Assembly: GCA_903864835.1 (NCBI GenBank)
Contig: CAIPHK010000032.1
Location: forward strand, 3,230-67,229
Direction of reading: 5' to 3'
Length of the DNA: 64,000 bases
From: an uncultured bacterium
GTDB lineage: Bacteria; Margulisbacteria; Marinamargulisbacteria; SXXA01
This document shows, piece by piece, positions 48,202-58,735 of this stretch; the stretch's first letter is position 1; each line of letters begins with the position of its first letter. The position numbers and the translations under genes were made by a program. The notes under the pieces were generated by a model. It saw only the letters and a program-made list of their open reading frames with translations, was not told where the DNA came from and did no database searches.

Positions 48202-48939
48202 TTGGGTCATTAACAGTGGGCCATCCGCCGTAACCACCATGGTATGCTCAAATTGAACTGTCTTTTGGTGAGGTTTAGTTGAGAGGGTCCAACCGTCCCC
48301 GGATTCTCTGGCCTTTACCCCACCGGTGGAGATAAATGGCTCAATGGTAATCACGACATTTTCTTGTAAAACGCGTCGATCAGCCGAATCATAATATCCC
48401 GCGATAAACTGGGGCTCTTCGTGTAAGCGATTTCCAATTCCGTGACTTCCCAAATTACGAATCACGGTATAACCCGCTCGGGTTGCGGTGTCTTCAATTG
48501 CCTTGCCAATTAAGTTGAGGTTGGCTCCGGGGCGCACGATTTTAATTGCGTTTTCAAGGGCCAATCGTCCGACATCGAGCAATCTTGAAAGTTGCTTGCT
48601 GGGTTCACCAATACACATTGATGCCCCCGCGTCGGAATAATAACCGTCTTTTTCAGCGGATACATCAATATTAATAAGGTCCCCATCGCGGATCACCCTT
48701 GGCCCCGGAATTCCATGCGCCGTCTCATGATTGACACAAATGCAGGTCGCACCAGGAAACTGATACATCAATCGAGGGGCGGAACGCCCGCCTAAAGAAT
48801 TGAGGTAGTCCTCGCCCCTTTGATCCAGTGCCAAAGTGGTCATTCCAGGGCGAACTGACTTCGACATAAAATCCAATGTTTTGGCGACAATTAGTCCAAT
48901 TTCACGAAGCTTAATGATGTCGGTCGGGGTAGCAATCAT
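48193..48939 (-). CDS. map: Methionine aminopeptidase type I
   Basis: AHGIP, NIDVS..DG..SD, HGIG..LHEEP, TIEPF, QFEHT. Confidence 0.95.
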   Translation of the reverse strand: MIATPTDIIKLREIGLIVAKTLDFMSKSVRPGMTTLALDQRGEDYLNSLGGRSAPRLMYQFPGATCICVNHETAHGIPGPRVIRDGDLINIDVSAEKDGYYSDAGASMCIGEPSKQLSRLLDVGRLALENAIKIVRPGANLNLIGKAIEDTATRAGYTVIRNLGSHGIGNRLHEEPQFIAGYYDSADRRVLQENVVITIEPFISTGGVKARESGDGWTLSTKPHQKTVQFEHTMVVTADGPLLMTQLE

Positions 48940-48991
48940 GGCGAAAAAGCCTACCATAGCACAGCCCGTTTGGGGAACGTATTTGTGAGTA

Positions 48992-49020
48992 TTGCAGCCT
49001 CAACCGCAATGCACTAGAAT
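48992..49020 (+). promoter_or_regulatory. sigma70-type promoter for tRNA-Leu (and probably nuo operon)
   Basis: TTGCAG-17 bp-TAGAAT. Confidence 0.6.
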
Positions 49021-49047
49021 CCAATCTGATCCAAAATTTCATCCCAT

Positions 49048-49134
49048 GCCGAAATGGCGGAATTGGTAGACGCGCTAGGTTCAGGGTCTAGTGAGAGCAA
49101 TCTTGTGTGGGTTCGAGTCCCTCTTTCGGCACCA
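49048..49134 (+). tRNA. tRNA-Leu(CAG)
   Basis: Acceptor GCCGAAA/TTTCGGC + ACCA; D-loop GGTAGA; anticodon arm CTAGG-TTCAGGG-TCTAG; long variable arm; GGTTCGAGTCC. Confidence 0.95.
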
Positions 49135-49149
49135 ACTATTATAATTAAA

Positions 49150-49524
49150 ATGAGTACACTTTATCTTCCTATAGGAATTGTTTTTTTAGTCGCACTTTCG
49201 TTTGTTTTGATTTCGCTTCTTGCCAGCCATTTTTTAGGGCCTCATCGAAATTCGCTAGTCAAAGATGCCCCATTCGAATGCGGTATCGAATCAAAAGATA
49301 GCGCTCGCGTTCGCTTTTCCATAAAATATTTTCTTATTGCCATACTGTTTGTTCTATTTGATGTTGAAGTGGTTTTTTTCTACCCTTGGGCGGTCAACTT
49401 TCAAGAACTTGGCCTTAGGGGATTGCTTGAAATCGCCTCATTTATGGGATGTGTGTTAGTGGGACTTATTTATATTAATCAGAATAAAGTACTCAATTTT
49501 GAGGGTCGCAATGTCCCAAGATAG
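49150..49524 (+). CDS. nuoA: NADH-quinone oxidoreductase subunit A
   Basis: [26 protein letters not shown]; true start ATG 49150 (ORF track start lies inside the tRNA). Confidence 0.95.
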   Translation: MSTLYLPIGIVFLVALSFVLISLLASHFLGPHRNSLVKDAPFECGIESKDSARVRFSIKYFLIAILFVLFDVEVVFFYPWAVNFQELGLRGLLEIASFMGCVLVGLIYINQNKVLNFEGRNVPR

Positions 49525-50068
49525 TCGCCCGGCACCGCAAATTGGTCCGAGTCCTGAGGGTGTGGATGGACAGGGATTTTTTCTAACCACGGTTGAAAAA
49601 GCGGTCGGTATGGCGAGGAAAAATTCGCTATGGCCCCTGCCCTTTGCAACGTCATGCTGCGGGATTGAGTTTATGGCGACGATGGGGTCTCACTATGATC
49701 TTGCGCGTTTTGGATCTGAGCGGCCCAGTTTTTCACCGAGGCAAGCGGATCTTTTAATGGTTATGGGGACGGTCGCAAAAAAATTAGGCCCCGTTTTAAA
49801 GCAGGTATACGAACAGATGGCAGAGCCCCGATGGGTTCTCGCGGTGGGCGCTTGTGCATCAACCGGGGGCATTTTTGATACCTATAGCGTCCTTCAAGGG
49901 ATCGATAAAGTAATTCCGGTCGATGTGTATGTTCCCGGATGCCCGCCACGTCCCGAACAAATAATTGATGGGTTAATCAAGATTCAAGAACTGGTTCAAA
50001 GTGAACACTTGGGTCGTCGAAATTCTCCGGAATATAAGGCCCTGTTGGCGAGTTATGGAATAGAATGA
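49511..50068 (+). CDS. nuoB: NADH-quinone oxidoreductase subunit B
   Basis: [25 protein letters not shown]. Confidence 0.96.
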   Translation: MSQDSRPAPQIGPSPEGVDGQGFFLTTVEKAVGMARKNSLWPLPFATSCCGIEFMATMGSHYDLARFGSERPSFSPRQADLLMVMGTVAKKLGPVLKQVYEQMAEPRWVLAVGACASTGGIFDTYSVLQGIDKVIPVDVYVPGCPPRPEQIIDGLIKIQELVQSEHLGRRNSPEYKALLASYGIE

Positions 50069-50550
50069 TGATTGAACCCATATTGGCGTCACTTCAAGAT
50101 CAAATTGTTAAGACATCGAACTCGTATGGAATGACGGAAATTGAAGTGGTTCCTTCAGAACTAGTGTCCGTCGTCCAAGCATTAATGACGCACCCTGACA
50201 TGCCATTTACCTTTTTAACGGACCTTTGTGGTATTCATCTATTGGAACCTACCCCTAGGATTGGAATAGTACTTCACTTGCATTGTTTGCAGACCAATAC
50301 CCGCCTTAGATTGAAGTGTTTTTCTGAGAAGGTTGATTCACCAACGCTGCCCTCCCTGACATCGTTGTTTAGCGGGGCAAATTGGATGGAACGCGAAGCC
50401 TATGATTTTTATGGCATCCAGTTCGTGGGGCATCCTAATCTTTGCCGCATTCTCAATGAAGATGGCCTCACCATTTTTCCGATGCGCAAAGAATATCCGT
50501 TAGAAGACGCCACCCGCCAAGATAAAAACGATTCGATGTTTGGACGATAA
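50065..50550 (+). CDS. nuoC: NADH-quinone oxidoreductase subunit C
   Basis: [26 protein letters not shown]. Confidence 0.94.
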   Translation: MMIEPILASLQDQIVKTSNSYGMTEIEVVPSELVSVVQALMTHPDMPFTFLTDLCGIHLLEPTPRIGIVLHLHCLQTNTRLRLKCFSEKVDSPTLPSLTSLFSGANWMEREAYDFYGIQFVGHPNLCRILNEDGLTIFPMRKEYPLEDATRQDKNDSMFGR

Positions 50551-51749
50551 TGATGACAATGCACACTCCCGTGATCGACGATTCTTCCCGTTACGTTACA
50601 GTAAATTTAGGACCTACCCATCCTGCGACTCACGGCATTCTTCAAAACATCATTCAATTGGATGGCGAGCGGATCGTGTCCGCGATTCCAACCATTGGGT
50701 ATATCCACCGCGCCTTTGAAAAGCTTGCTGAACATCGCCCCTATTATCAAATCACGCCACTGACCGACCGCCTCAACTATTGTTCATCTCCAATTAATAA
50801 TTTGGGATGGTTTCTTACCGTTGAAAAGCTGCTCAACGTCCAAACTCCGAAACGGGTCGACTATTTACGCATCATCGTGATGGAATTGGCTCGAATTTCC
50901 GATCATATTATTTGCAACACGATTGTGGGTGTAGATACCGGCGCGTTTTCTGGATTTTTATATCTATTTCAACACAGAGAATTGATCTACGAAATCTACG
51001 AAGAACTGTCTGGAAGTCGGTTAACAACCAATATCGGACGAATCGGTGGATTTGAACGTGACTTTAGTGACGTGGCGTTTCAAAAACTCCGTAAATTTCT
51101 TGATACATTTCCGGCTGCCCTCAAAGAATTTGAGGTGTTGTTTAATCGAAATCGAATCTTTATGGATCGAACCATCAATGTCGGCGCAATTTCCGCTGAA
51201 CGGGCACTCAATTATGGATTTACGGGGCCTAACCTTCGGGCAACCGGCGTTGATTACGACGTTCGAGTAGCCTCCCCCTATTCGTCGTACGAGGACTTTG
51301 ATTTTGATGTTCCGGTTGGGACCAGTGGGGATACCTATGATCGATTTATGGTCCGAAATGAAGAAATGTGGCAAAGCCTCCGTATTATTGAACAGGCGCT
51401 TAAAAATCTACCTGATGGGCCCTATCACGCCGATGTTCCAGAATTTTATTTACCGCCTAAAGAGGCCGTTTATAATTATATGGAGGCCCTGATTTATCAC
51501 TTCAAAATTGTAATGGGCGAAATTCCGGTTCCAGTCGGAGAAGTGTATCATAGTGTTGAGGGTGGCAACGGCGAACTTGGATTTTATCTCGTGAGTGATG
51601 GCGGCCGGACGCCATTCCGACTTCACTTCCGCCGACCTTGCTTTATTTATTATCAAGCATACCCAGAGATGGTCATAGGATCATTACTGTCAGACGCAGT
51701 AATCACCCTCAGTAGTCTCAATGTAATTGCAGGAGAGTTAGACGCATAA
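50550..51749 (+). CDS. nuoD: NADH-quinone oxidoreductase subunit D
   Basis: NLGPTHPATHG, GYIHRAFEK, DRLNY, GELGFY, GELDA. Confidence 0.96.
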   Translation: MMTMHTPVIDDSSRYVTVNLGPTHPATHGILQNIIQLDGERIVSAIPTIGYIHRAFEKLAEHRPYYQITPLTDRLNYCSSPINNLGWFLTVEKLLNVQTPKRVDYLRIIVMELARISDHIICNTIVGVDTGAFSGFLYLFQHRELIYEIYEELSGSRLTTNIGRIGGFERDFSDVAFQKLRKFLDTFPAALKEFEVLFNRNRIFMDRTINVGAISAERALNYGFTGPNLRATGVDYDVRVASPYSSYEDFDFDVPVGTSGDTYDRFMVRNEEMWQSLRIIEQALKNLPDGPYHADVPEFYLPPKEAVYNYMEALIYHFKIVMGEIPVPVGEVYHSVEGGNGELGFYLVSDGGRTPFRLHFRRPCFIYYQAYPEMVIGSLLSDAVITLSSLNVIAGELDA

Positions 51750-52306
51750 TGACGCCCCAATTTAGTTCACAGACATTGTCCAATATCGAGATATTAAAAA
51801 CACGGTATCCAGTTGAGCAATCTAAATCGGCGTTACTCCCGATACTCCATATGGCTCAGGCCGAATTTGGGGGCTATCTTAGCCGAGAATCGATGGATTA
51901 CGTTGCATCTCTACTCAATTTGCAACCGATAGAAGTCTACGAAGTGGCAACGTTTTACACGATGTTCCACCTAAAACCCACCGGAAAATATGTTCTTGAG
52001 GTTTGCCGAACGGGTCCCTGTGCCTTATCGGGTGCCGAACATATCGTCGACTACCTCAAGCAGAAACTGGGGGTAGATCTTAATCAGACCACCCCCGACG
52101 GTTTATTTACCATCAAAGAGGTTGAATGCCTTGCATCGTGTGGGAGCGGTCCGGTTTTGCAGGTGGGCGAATGTTACGTTGAAAATTTAACGGATCAGCG
52201 CGTTGACTCGATGTTGGCTGCGCTTAAAAGTGGTGAGTTGTCGGATAACGAGCCCACCCCCGCCCATTCCATTTTGTTTCGAACCTGTGGAGACAAACAA
52301 TCATGA
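51749..52306 (+). CDS. nuoE: NADH-quinone oxidoreductase subunit E
   Basis: EVATFYTMF, VCRTGPC, ECLASCG. Confidence 0.95.
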   Translation: MTPQFSSQTLSNIEILKTRYPVEQSKSALLPILHMAQAEFGGYLSRESMDYVASLLNLQPIEVYEVATFYTMFHLKPTGKYVLEVCRTGPCALSGAEHIVDYLKQKLGVDLNQTTPDGLFTIKEVECLASCGSGPVLQVGECYVENLTDQRVDSMLAALKSGELSDNEPTPAHSILFRTCGDKQS

Positions 52307-53640
52307 GTAGAAAAATTCTTCTGGAAAATGGGGATATTTCAGGGATCGATCAGTTCGATATCTACCGTCAGCACGGCGGCTACCAATCGGTTGAAAAAGC
52401 AATAAAAACGATGACCCCTCTTGAGGTGGTTGATGAAGTAAAAAAGTCGGGTTTACGTGGACGTGGGGGTGCAGGATTCTCAACTGGAATGAAATGGTCA
52501 TTTCTGGATCGAAAAAGCGATAAGCCGCGATATCTTGTGTGTAACGCCGACGAAAGCGAACCTGGTACCTTTAAAGACCGCTACCTTATGGAAAAAATAC
52601 CCCATCGGTTAATCGAAGGAATGATTGTGTCTAGTTACGCACTGGGCGCATCCCGGGCCTATATTTACATCCGAGGGGAATTGATGTGGCTCGCCAAGCG
52701 ATTGGAAAATGCCATTGGTGAGGCGAAAGCGCACGGTCTTTTGGGCGACAATATTCTGGGATCCGACTATTCTCTCGATTTGGTGGTTCATCCCGGTGGG
52801 GGGGCCTATATTTGTGGCGAAGAAAGCGCGCTATTGGAGTCATTAGAAGGGAAACGGGGATACCCCCGACTCAAGCCTCCTTTCCCTGCGATCTCGGGTT
52901 TATATGGGTGTCCTACCGTTATCAATAACGTGGAATCCATTGCTGCTGTCCCGTGGATTGTGACCCATGGCGGGGAAGAATATTCCAAAATCGGGATTGA
53001 AAAGAGTTCAGGAACCAAATTGATTTCGGCGTCGGGCCATATTAATCGTCCGGGTGTGTATGAAATTGAATTAGGGTTGCCCGTGGAAGAGTTTATCTAT
53101 TCCGATGCCTACTGTGGCGGAATCCGAAACGGCAGAACATTAAAAGCCGTTGTTGCGGGTGGATCGTCGGTCCCTATCCTACCTGCCGAATTGATATTAC
53201 GAACGGCAGCTGGAATCCCTAGATTGATGACCTACGAATCATTGTCTGACGGAGGGTTTCAGACGGGAACAATGCTCGGTTCGGGTGGATTTATAGTGAT
53301 GGATGATACGACTTGCATTGTACGAAATACCTGGAACTTTGCCCGTTTCTATCATCATGAATCCTGTGGCCAATGCAGTCCGTGCCGAGAAGGAACGGGT
53401 TGGATGGAAAAAGTCTTGCATCGTATCGAACATGGACACGGGACCCCCAAAGATATCGATTTATTGGTCGATATTGCCAAGAAAATCGAAGGTAAAACGA
53501 TTTGTGCATTGGGCGACGCTGCCGCTTGGCCCATTGCGAGTGCGATTCGGCATTTTCGTCATGAATTTGAATATCATATTGCTCACCCCGATAAGATCAC
53601 CGATCCCGACCACGTCTATCAACCAATGGGCACGAAATAG
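52303..53640 (+). CDS. nuoF: NADH-quinone oxidoreductase subunit F
   Basis: GLRGRGGAGF, NADESEPGTFKDR, GAYICGEE, ESCGQCSPCREG. Confidence 0.96.
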   Translation: MSRKILLENGDISGIDQFDIYRQHGGYQSVEKAIKTMTPLEVVDEVKKSGLRGRGGAGFSTGMKWSFLDRKSDKPRYLVCNADESEPGTFKDRYLMEKIPHRLIEGMIVSSYALGASRAYIYIRGELMWLAKRLENAIGEAKAHGLLGDNILGSDYSLDLVVHPGGGAYICGEESALLESLEGKRGYPRLKPPFPAISGLYGCPTVINNVESIAAVPWIVTHGGEEYSKIGIEKSSGTKLISASGHINRPGVYEIELGLPVEEFIYSDAYCGGIRNGRTLKAVVAGGSSVPILPAELILRTAAGIPRLMTYESLSDGGFQTGTMLGSGGFIVMDDTTCIVRNTWNFARFYHHESCGQCSPCREGTGWMEKVLHRIEHGHGTPKDIDLLVDIAKKIEGKTICALGDAAAWPIASAIRHFRHEFEYHIAHPDKITDPDHVYQPMGTK

Positions 53641-53652
53641 AAGGACCTTGTG

Positions 53653-54567
53653 ATGGTAAAAATAACAATTGATGGAATAGAAATTGAAGTGGCAGCCGGG
53701 ACAACGATTCTTGATGCTGCTCGCCAAATCAATCCGGAAACCGCTCCTCCTGCGATGTGTTTTCATTCAAAGTTAGAGGGAAGCGGAGGGAAATGTCGGA
53801 CGTGTCTGGTTAAAGTAACCAAGACGTCGCCATCCAATCCCCGCCCAATGCCTAAATTAGCACCATCCTGCCGCACATTCGTCGAGGATGGGATGGAAGT
53901 TGAAAATAATCGATCAGAAGAAGTTCTTGAGGCCCGAAAAGGGGTGGTTGAGCTACTTCTCATTAATCATCCACTCGATTGCCCGATCTGTGATCAAGCT
54001 GGTGAATGCGATTTGCAGAATCTTGCATTTGAACACGGTGCTGAAACTACGGACTACCAAGAAGAGCGGCGACGATTTCCAGCCAAGGCCATTGGTGACT
54101 TGATCCAACTTCAAATGAACCGATGTATTCTCTGTTTTAGGTGTGTCTATGTGGCAGATCAACTGACCGACGGACGACACCATGGGGTTTTGGGGCGTGG
54201 GGATTCCTCTGAAATCGGGACATATATTGAAGCTGCAATAGATAACGATTTCTCCGGGAATATGATCGACGTGTGCCCGGTTGGGGCGTTAACAGACCGA
54301 ACCTTCCGATTTAAAAGTCGGGTATGGTTTTCGAAACCGATGGCTGCCCATCGGACTTGCGAAAAATGCTGTGGTAACGCCGTGTTATGGCTCAAAGGCA
54401 ACGAGATACTTCGGGTTAGCGGACGTCGAAACGACGTAGGTGAAGTGACTGAATTTATATGTAATACCTGCCGTTTTGACACAAAATCGCTTCATCTCTG
54501 GGAAGTTGAAGGACCGGCTCGAATCAGCCGAGACTCTGTCATTTCTCAAAATCACACCCCATCATGA
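53653..54567 (+). CDS. nuoG: NADH-quinone oxidoreductase subunit G (short, Fe-S part only)
   Basis: CRTCLV, HPLDCPICDQAGEC, RCILCFRC, CPVGAL; lacks the molybdopterin-oxidoreductase-like C-terminal domain. Confidence 0.92.
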   Translation: MVKITIDGIEIEVAAGTTILDAARQINPETAPPAMCFHSKLEGSGGKCRTCLVKVTKTSPSNPRPMPKLAPSCRTFVEDGMEVENNRSEEVLEARKGVVELLLINHPLDCPICDQAGECDLQNLAFEHGAETTDYQEERRRFPAKAIGDLIQLQMNRCILCFRCVYVADQLTDGRHHGVLGRGDSSEIGTYIEAAIDNDFSGNMIDVCPVGALTDRTFRFKSRVWFSKPMAAHRTCEKCCGNAVLWLKGNEILRVSGRRNDVGEVTEFICNTCRFDTKSLHLWEVEGPARISRDSVISQNHTPS

Positions 54568-55595
54568 CTCATTCATTTTTTCTATTTAGTATTGAGAAAC
54601 TTATTTTGGCCAGCATCGTTTTTGGGATTACTCTGGTCGTAGCGATGTATAGCACCCTCGCAGAACGAAAATTTGCCGCGTTTTTCCAAGACCGGCTGGG
54701 GCCTGACCGCGCTGGGCCTTTTGGAATGTTCCAACCATTGGCGGATGGCCTTAAGTTTTTCTTTAAAGAAGAGTTTATTCCTGCAAAAGCCGACAAATTT
54801 CTATTTATACTAGGGCCAAGTATCGCGATGGTGATGTCTTGCATGAGTGGAGCAGTGATTCCATGGGGAGATCGATTAACCCTGTTTGGTCACTCTGTCT
54901 CCCTCCAAATTGCGGATATCAATATTGGTGTTCTGTACATCTTTGCAGTGGTTTCTTTAGGCGTATACGGCGTGATATTGGGTGGGTGGGCATCTAATAA
55001 TAAATTCGCTTTGTTGAGTGCAATACGGGCATCATCACAGATGATCAGTTACGAATTGGCCATGGGGTTGTCTCTGATTGCGTTGGTAATGACGACCGGA
55101 ACATTGAGTTTGGGCAGCATTGTCCATCAGCAAGTCGGCTTTCATTGGAACGTATTCTTTCAACCGATTGGGTTTCTTGTCTTTATGATTTGTTCCTTTG
55201 CGGAAACCAATCGAACACCGTTTGATTTACCTGAATGCGAAACGGAATTGGTTGGCGGTTATCATACGGAATATAGCAGCATGAAACTTGGATTTTACTT
55301 ATTTGCCGAATATATCAATATGTTTGTGGCATCTGCAGTAATGGCCACCCTATATTTTGGCGGCTATCAGATTCCGGGAATTTCTCATCTGGGGTTGTCG
55401 CCTAATCTCGTCACACTTTTGGGCTCTGGGTTTTTGTTTGTCAAAATATTTGGATTCATCTTTTTGTTTATGTGGGTCCGATGGACGGTTCCTCGATTTC
55501 GATATGACCAATTGATGCGTTTAGGCTGGAATGTCCTTCTTCCAATTTCAATGATTAACCTTATTGTGACCGGTGCCATATTGGTGCTACGTTAA
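54564..55595 (+). CDS. nuoH: NADH-quinone oxidoreductase subunit H
   Basis: ERK..QDRLGP, QPLADGLK, AETNRTPFDLPE, PRFRYDQLM. Confidence 0.96.
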   Translation: MTHSFFLFSIEKLILASIVFGITLVVAMYSTLAERKFAAFFQDRLGPDRAGPFGMFQPLADGLKFFFKEEFIPAKADKFLFILGPSIAMVMSCMSGAVIPWGDRLTLFGHSVSLQIADINIGVLYIFAVVSLGVYGVILGGWASNNKFALLSAIRASSQMISYELAMGLSLIALVMTTGTLSLGSIVHQQVGFHWNVFFQPIGFLVFMICSFAETNRTPFDLPECETELVGGYHTEYSSMKLGFYLFAEYINMFVASAVMATLYFGGYQIPGISHLGLSPNLVTLLGSGFLFVKIFGFIFLFMWVRWTVPRFRYDQLMRLGWNVLLPISMINLIVTGAILVLR

Positions 55596-55603
55596 AGTAT
55601 CCA

Positions 55604-56143
55604 ATGAAACCACTCACCAACCGGTCCAAAACGGTATCAAATAAAACAATGACGCTGATGGAGCGACTTTACTTGCCAGCCATTGTGAAGGGCATGGCCA
55701 TTACGTTGAGACATTTTTTCAAGAAAAAAGTAACCATCCGTTATCCTGAAGAAACACGGCCATTTAGCCCGATTTATCGGGGCCTTCATGTATTGAAGCG
55801 TGACGATACAGGCGCGGAACGGTGTACTGCCTGCGGATTATGCGCGATCGCGTGCCCTGCTGAGGCGATTACAATGGACGCTGCAGAGCGGAAACCCGGT
55901 GAAGAACGCTTATATCGGGAAGAAAAATACGCCTCCACCTACGAAATCAATATGTTGCGGTGTATTTTTTGTGGGCTCTGTGAAGAAGCCTGTCCCAAAG
56001 AAGCCATTTTTTTAACCGATCGAATATTGCCCTCAGGCACCACTCGAAAAAGCTTTATTTGGGGCAAAGATCGACTCGTGGAAACCGAATCCAATCGGAT
56101 CGATATCAGTAAACGCCATTTTTATTACAAGGACGAAAAATAG
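55604..56143 (+). CDS. nuoI: NADH-quinone oxidoreductase subunit I
   Basis: CTACGLCAIACP and CIFCGLCEEACP. Confidence 0.96.
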   Translation: MKPLTNRSKTVSNKTMTLMERLYLPAIVKGMAITLRHFFKKKVTIRYPEETRPFSPIYRGLHVLKRDDTGAERCTACGLCAIACPAEAITMDAAERKPGEERLYREEKYASTYEINMLRCIFCGLCEEACPKEAIFLTDRILPSGTTRKSFIWGKDRLVETESNRIDISKRHFYYKDEK

Positions 56144-56641
56144 ATGCCGGTTTTTTTTGGAATCATTGCGACGACAATAATTCTTAGTGGTCTTGGGGTT
56201 ATCCTCTCGAAACGACCTGTCTACTCGATTTTGTCCTTGATCATTTGCTTGTATGCAATGGGTGCATTATACCTGACCCTTCACGCTGAATTTTTGGCGA
56301 TCGTCCATTTAATCGTCTATGCCGGGGCAATTATGGTTTTATTTTTATTCGTTATTATGTTGATGAATCTTGACCGACCCGAACATCTCAATCGGTCCAG
56401 ACTACTCCAATGGAGCGCCTTGGCCGTAGGTATTTCTTTAGTATTGGTCATCGGCTCTACGTTGTACACTCCGTCCGGACCCTGGGTTGTTGCGCCAATG
56501 GGATCAGTTCATGCGATTGGTCGCCTTCTATTTTCAAAATTTATTGTCCCGTTTGAATTGTCTGCCGTATTATTTCTTGCTGCCATTGTGGGCGTTGTAA
56601 TTACCGCAAAGGTTCCACACCCAGAGGGGGACACCGAATGA
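56144..56641 (+). CDS. nuoJ: NADH-quinone oxidoreductase subunit J
   Basis: AEFLA..IVYAGAIMVLFLFVIM, PFE. Confidence 0.94.
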   Translation: MPVFFGIIATTIILSGLGVILSKRPVYSILSLIICLYAMGALYLTLHAEFLAIVHLIVYAGAIMVLFLFVIMLMNLDRPEHLNRSRLLQWSALAVGISLVLVIGSTLYTPSGPWVVAPMGSVHAIGRLLFSKFIVPFELSAVLFLAAIVGVVITAKVPHPEGDTE

Positions 56642-56940
56642 TTCCGGTCGACTGGATATTGTTATTAGCTACCGTTTTGTTTTGTATTGGTGGAATTGGA
56701 GTGGCCATCCGGCGAAATGCGATCGTTGCATTAATGAGTATCGAACTCATGCTCAATGCGGGGATTCTGGCATTGGTCGCATCTGCCGCCCACCATGGCG
56801 ACTTAAACGGTCAAGTCGTTGTGTTATTCATAATGATGATTGCCGCTGCTGAAGCGTCTGTGGGACTGGCGATTATTACCACCGCATTTCGCAAACATTC
56901 CGAGGTCGATCTCGACCAATATTCATCACTCAAATGGTAA
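56638..56940 (+). CDS. nuoK: NADH-quinone oxidoreductase subunit K
   Basis: RRN, SIELMLNA, AAAEASVGLA. Confidence 0.94.
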   Translation: MIPVDWILLLATVLFCIGGIGVAIRRNAIVALMSIELMLNAGILALVASAAHHGDLNGQVVVLFIMMIAAAEASVGLAIITTAFRKHSEVDLDQYSSLKW

Positions 56941-58733
56941 TTACAGTTATTGAATTCTTACCGATTGCCATAATTCTGTCTCCGCTGTTGGGATGGGGAG
57001 TTTTGACGCTGCTGAGACCTTATCTATCCCGGATGTCTGCAGCCATAATTGCCAATGCGACGGTTGGATTTTCTGCAATATGCGTTGCGTTGTCGATCAA
57101 GACGGTCGTGGGCAATCATCCCCTGCATGTCGCCCTGTATGACTGGATATCAATTCCGGGATTCTCCCTCTCGTTTGGATTGAGTCTGGATCGGTTGTCA
57201 CTATTGATGGCGGCGATGGTGACCGGCGTCGGATTTTTGGTTCACTTATATTCGATTGGATATATGGCCAAAGATCCCCAATCCAATCGCTATTTTGGAT
57301 ATTTGAATTTGTTCGTCTTCTTTATGCTCGTGTTGGTGATGTCCGACAATATGGTCGGCACATTTATCGGTTGGGAAGGGGTCGGGCTATGTTCGTATCT
57401 CCTCATAGGATTCTGGAATACCAACCAAAGCTATCTCAAAGCCGCCACTAAAGCGTTTGTAATGAACCGGATTGGGGATGTTGGATTTGTGATTGCTATG
57501 GCAACAATTCTCTTGCACTTTGGGACTCTGAATTACCATGAGATTCTTCACCAAATACCGTACATCCAACTCAGTACAACCACCCTATTTGTGATTGGCT
57601 CAGCGTTGGTACTCGCCATTTCCGGAAAAAGTGCCCAGTTCCCACTCTACACATGGTTACCTGATGCAATGGCGGGCCCAACCCCTGTATCTGCATTAAT
57701 TCATGCCGCCACGATGGTTACCTCTGGCGTGTACTTGGTTAACCGAATGCATGGATTATTTGATCTATCGCAACCGACCCTGCAGCTTCTTTTAATGGTT
57801 GGAATTCTTACCACCCTTATCGGCGGGGTAACTGCAATTTTTCAAACCGATCTAAAAAAAATATTGGCCTATTCCACCGTGAGTCAATTGGGCTTTATGG
57901 TCATTGCATTGGGCTTAGGGTGTTACCAAGTTGCGTTGTTCCATATGCTGACTCACGCCTTTTTTAAGGCGCTCCTATTTTTGTCTGCGGGGAATGTGCT
58001 TCATGGACTTGCTGGCGAACAGGACATTCGAAAAATGGGTGGATTAAGAAAAATGTTACCAGTGACGACGGTGTTGATGGGAATCGGTGCAATTACGATT
58101 ATTGGACTCCCCCCTCTTTCCGGATTCTTTTCAAAAGAGGCGATATTTGCAGCGGCATTGAATCAGTCACCGTTCGCATTCGGGGCGCTGCTGATCGGAT
58201 CCTCATTGACCGTATTTTATATGGCAAGAATGATCTACTTCGTTTTCTTTGGGACATATCGTGGAAATGTAACCCATCCCCATGAGGGATCACTCAGTAT
58301 GCAACTGTCACTGGTCACCCTTGCGGCACTCAGCGTGATGGGTGGGCTATTTGGAACCGTGTTCCACCTTCCTGAGGCCCCCCATCCCGAATATCTATTG
58401 CCAGCAATTACCCTCGCCATAATCGCAGTATTTGGTATTGCAGGGGTTCTGTGGGCAAGGGCGCAATCGCTTAAAGAGATCGTGGAGGATCGTCTATTTT
58501 TTGGGTTAGATGCGCTCTATGACAGGGTCGTTGTAGATCCCTATTTGTTTACGTCGAGGATTGTTATTAATACGTTTGACCGATGGTTGAACCAAAGCGT
58601 TATGGGTATAGGACAAATGACCCGGCTGATTGGGGAGCTCGCTATTCGGCTCCAAACGGGCAACGTGGGAACCTATGTTGTTCTAATGCTTTTGGCAATT
58701 ATCGGACTCTTTTTGAAAGTGGTTATAAGGTAA
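56934..58733 (+). CDS. nuoL: NADH-quinone oxidoreductase subunit L
   Basis: GWEGVGLCSYLLIGFW, GKSAQFPL.TWLPDAMAGPTPVSALIHAATMV, HAFFKALLF. Confidence 0.96.
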   Translation: MVITVIEFLPIAIILSPLLGWGVLTLLRPYLSRMSAAIIANATVGFSAICVALSIKTVVGNHPLHVALYDWISIPGFSLSFGLSLDRLSLLMAAMVTGVGFLVHLYSIGYMAKDPQSNRYFGYLNLFVFFMLVLVMSDNMVGTFIGWEGVGLCSYLLIGFWNTNQSYLKAATKAFVMNRIGDVGFVIAMATILLHFGTLNYHEILHQIPYIQLSTTTLFVIGSALVLAISGKSAQFPLYTWLPDAMAGPTPVSALIHAATMVTSGVYLVNRMHGLFDLSQPTLQLLLMVGILTTLIGGVTAIFQTDLKKILAYSTVSQLGFMVIALGLGCYQVALFHMLTHAFFKALLFLSAGNVLHGLAGEQDIRKMGGLRKMLPVTTVLMGIGAITIIGLPPLSGFFSKEAIFAAALNQSPFAFGALLIGSSLTVFYMARMIYFVFFGTYRGNVTHPHEGSLSMQLSLVTLAALSVMGGLFGTVFHLPEAPHPEYLLPAITLAIIAVFGIAGVLWARAQSLKEIVEDRLFFGLDALYDRVVVDPYLFTSRIVINTFDRWLNQSVMGIGQMTRLIGELAIRLQTGNVGTYVVLMLLAIIGLFLKVVIR

Positions 58734-58735
58734 GT

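Noticed and set aside
49054-49149. N-terminal extension of NuoA in the ORF track (MAELVDALGSGSS...)
   Set aside because: It is the translated tRNA-Leu sequence; real start is ATG 49150
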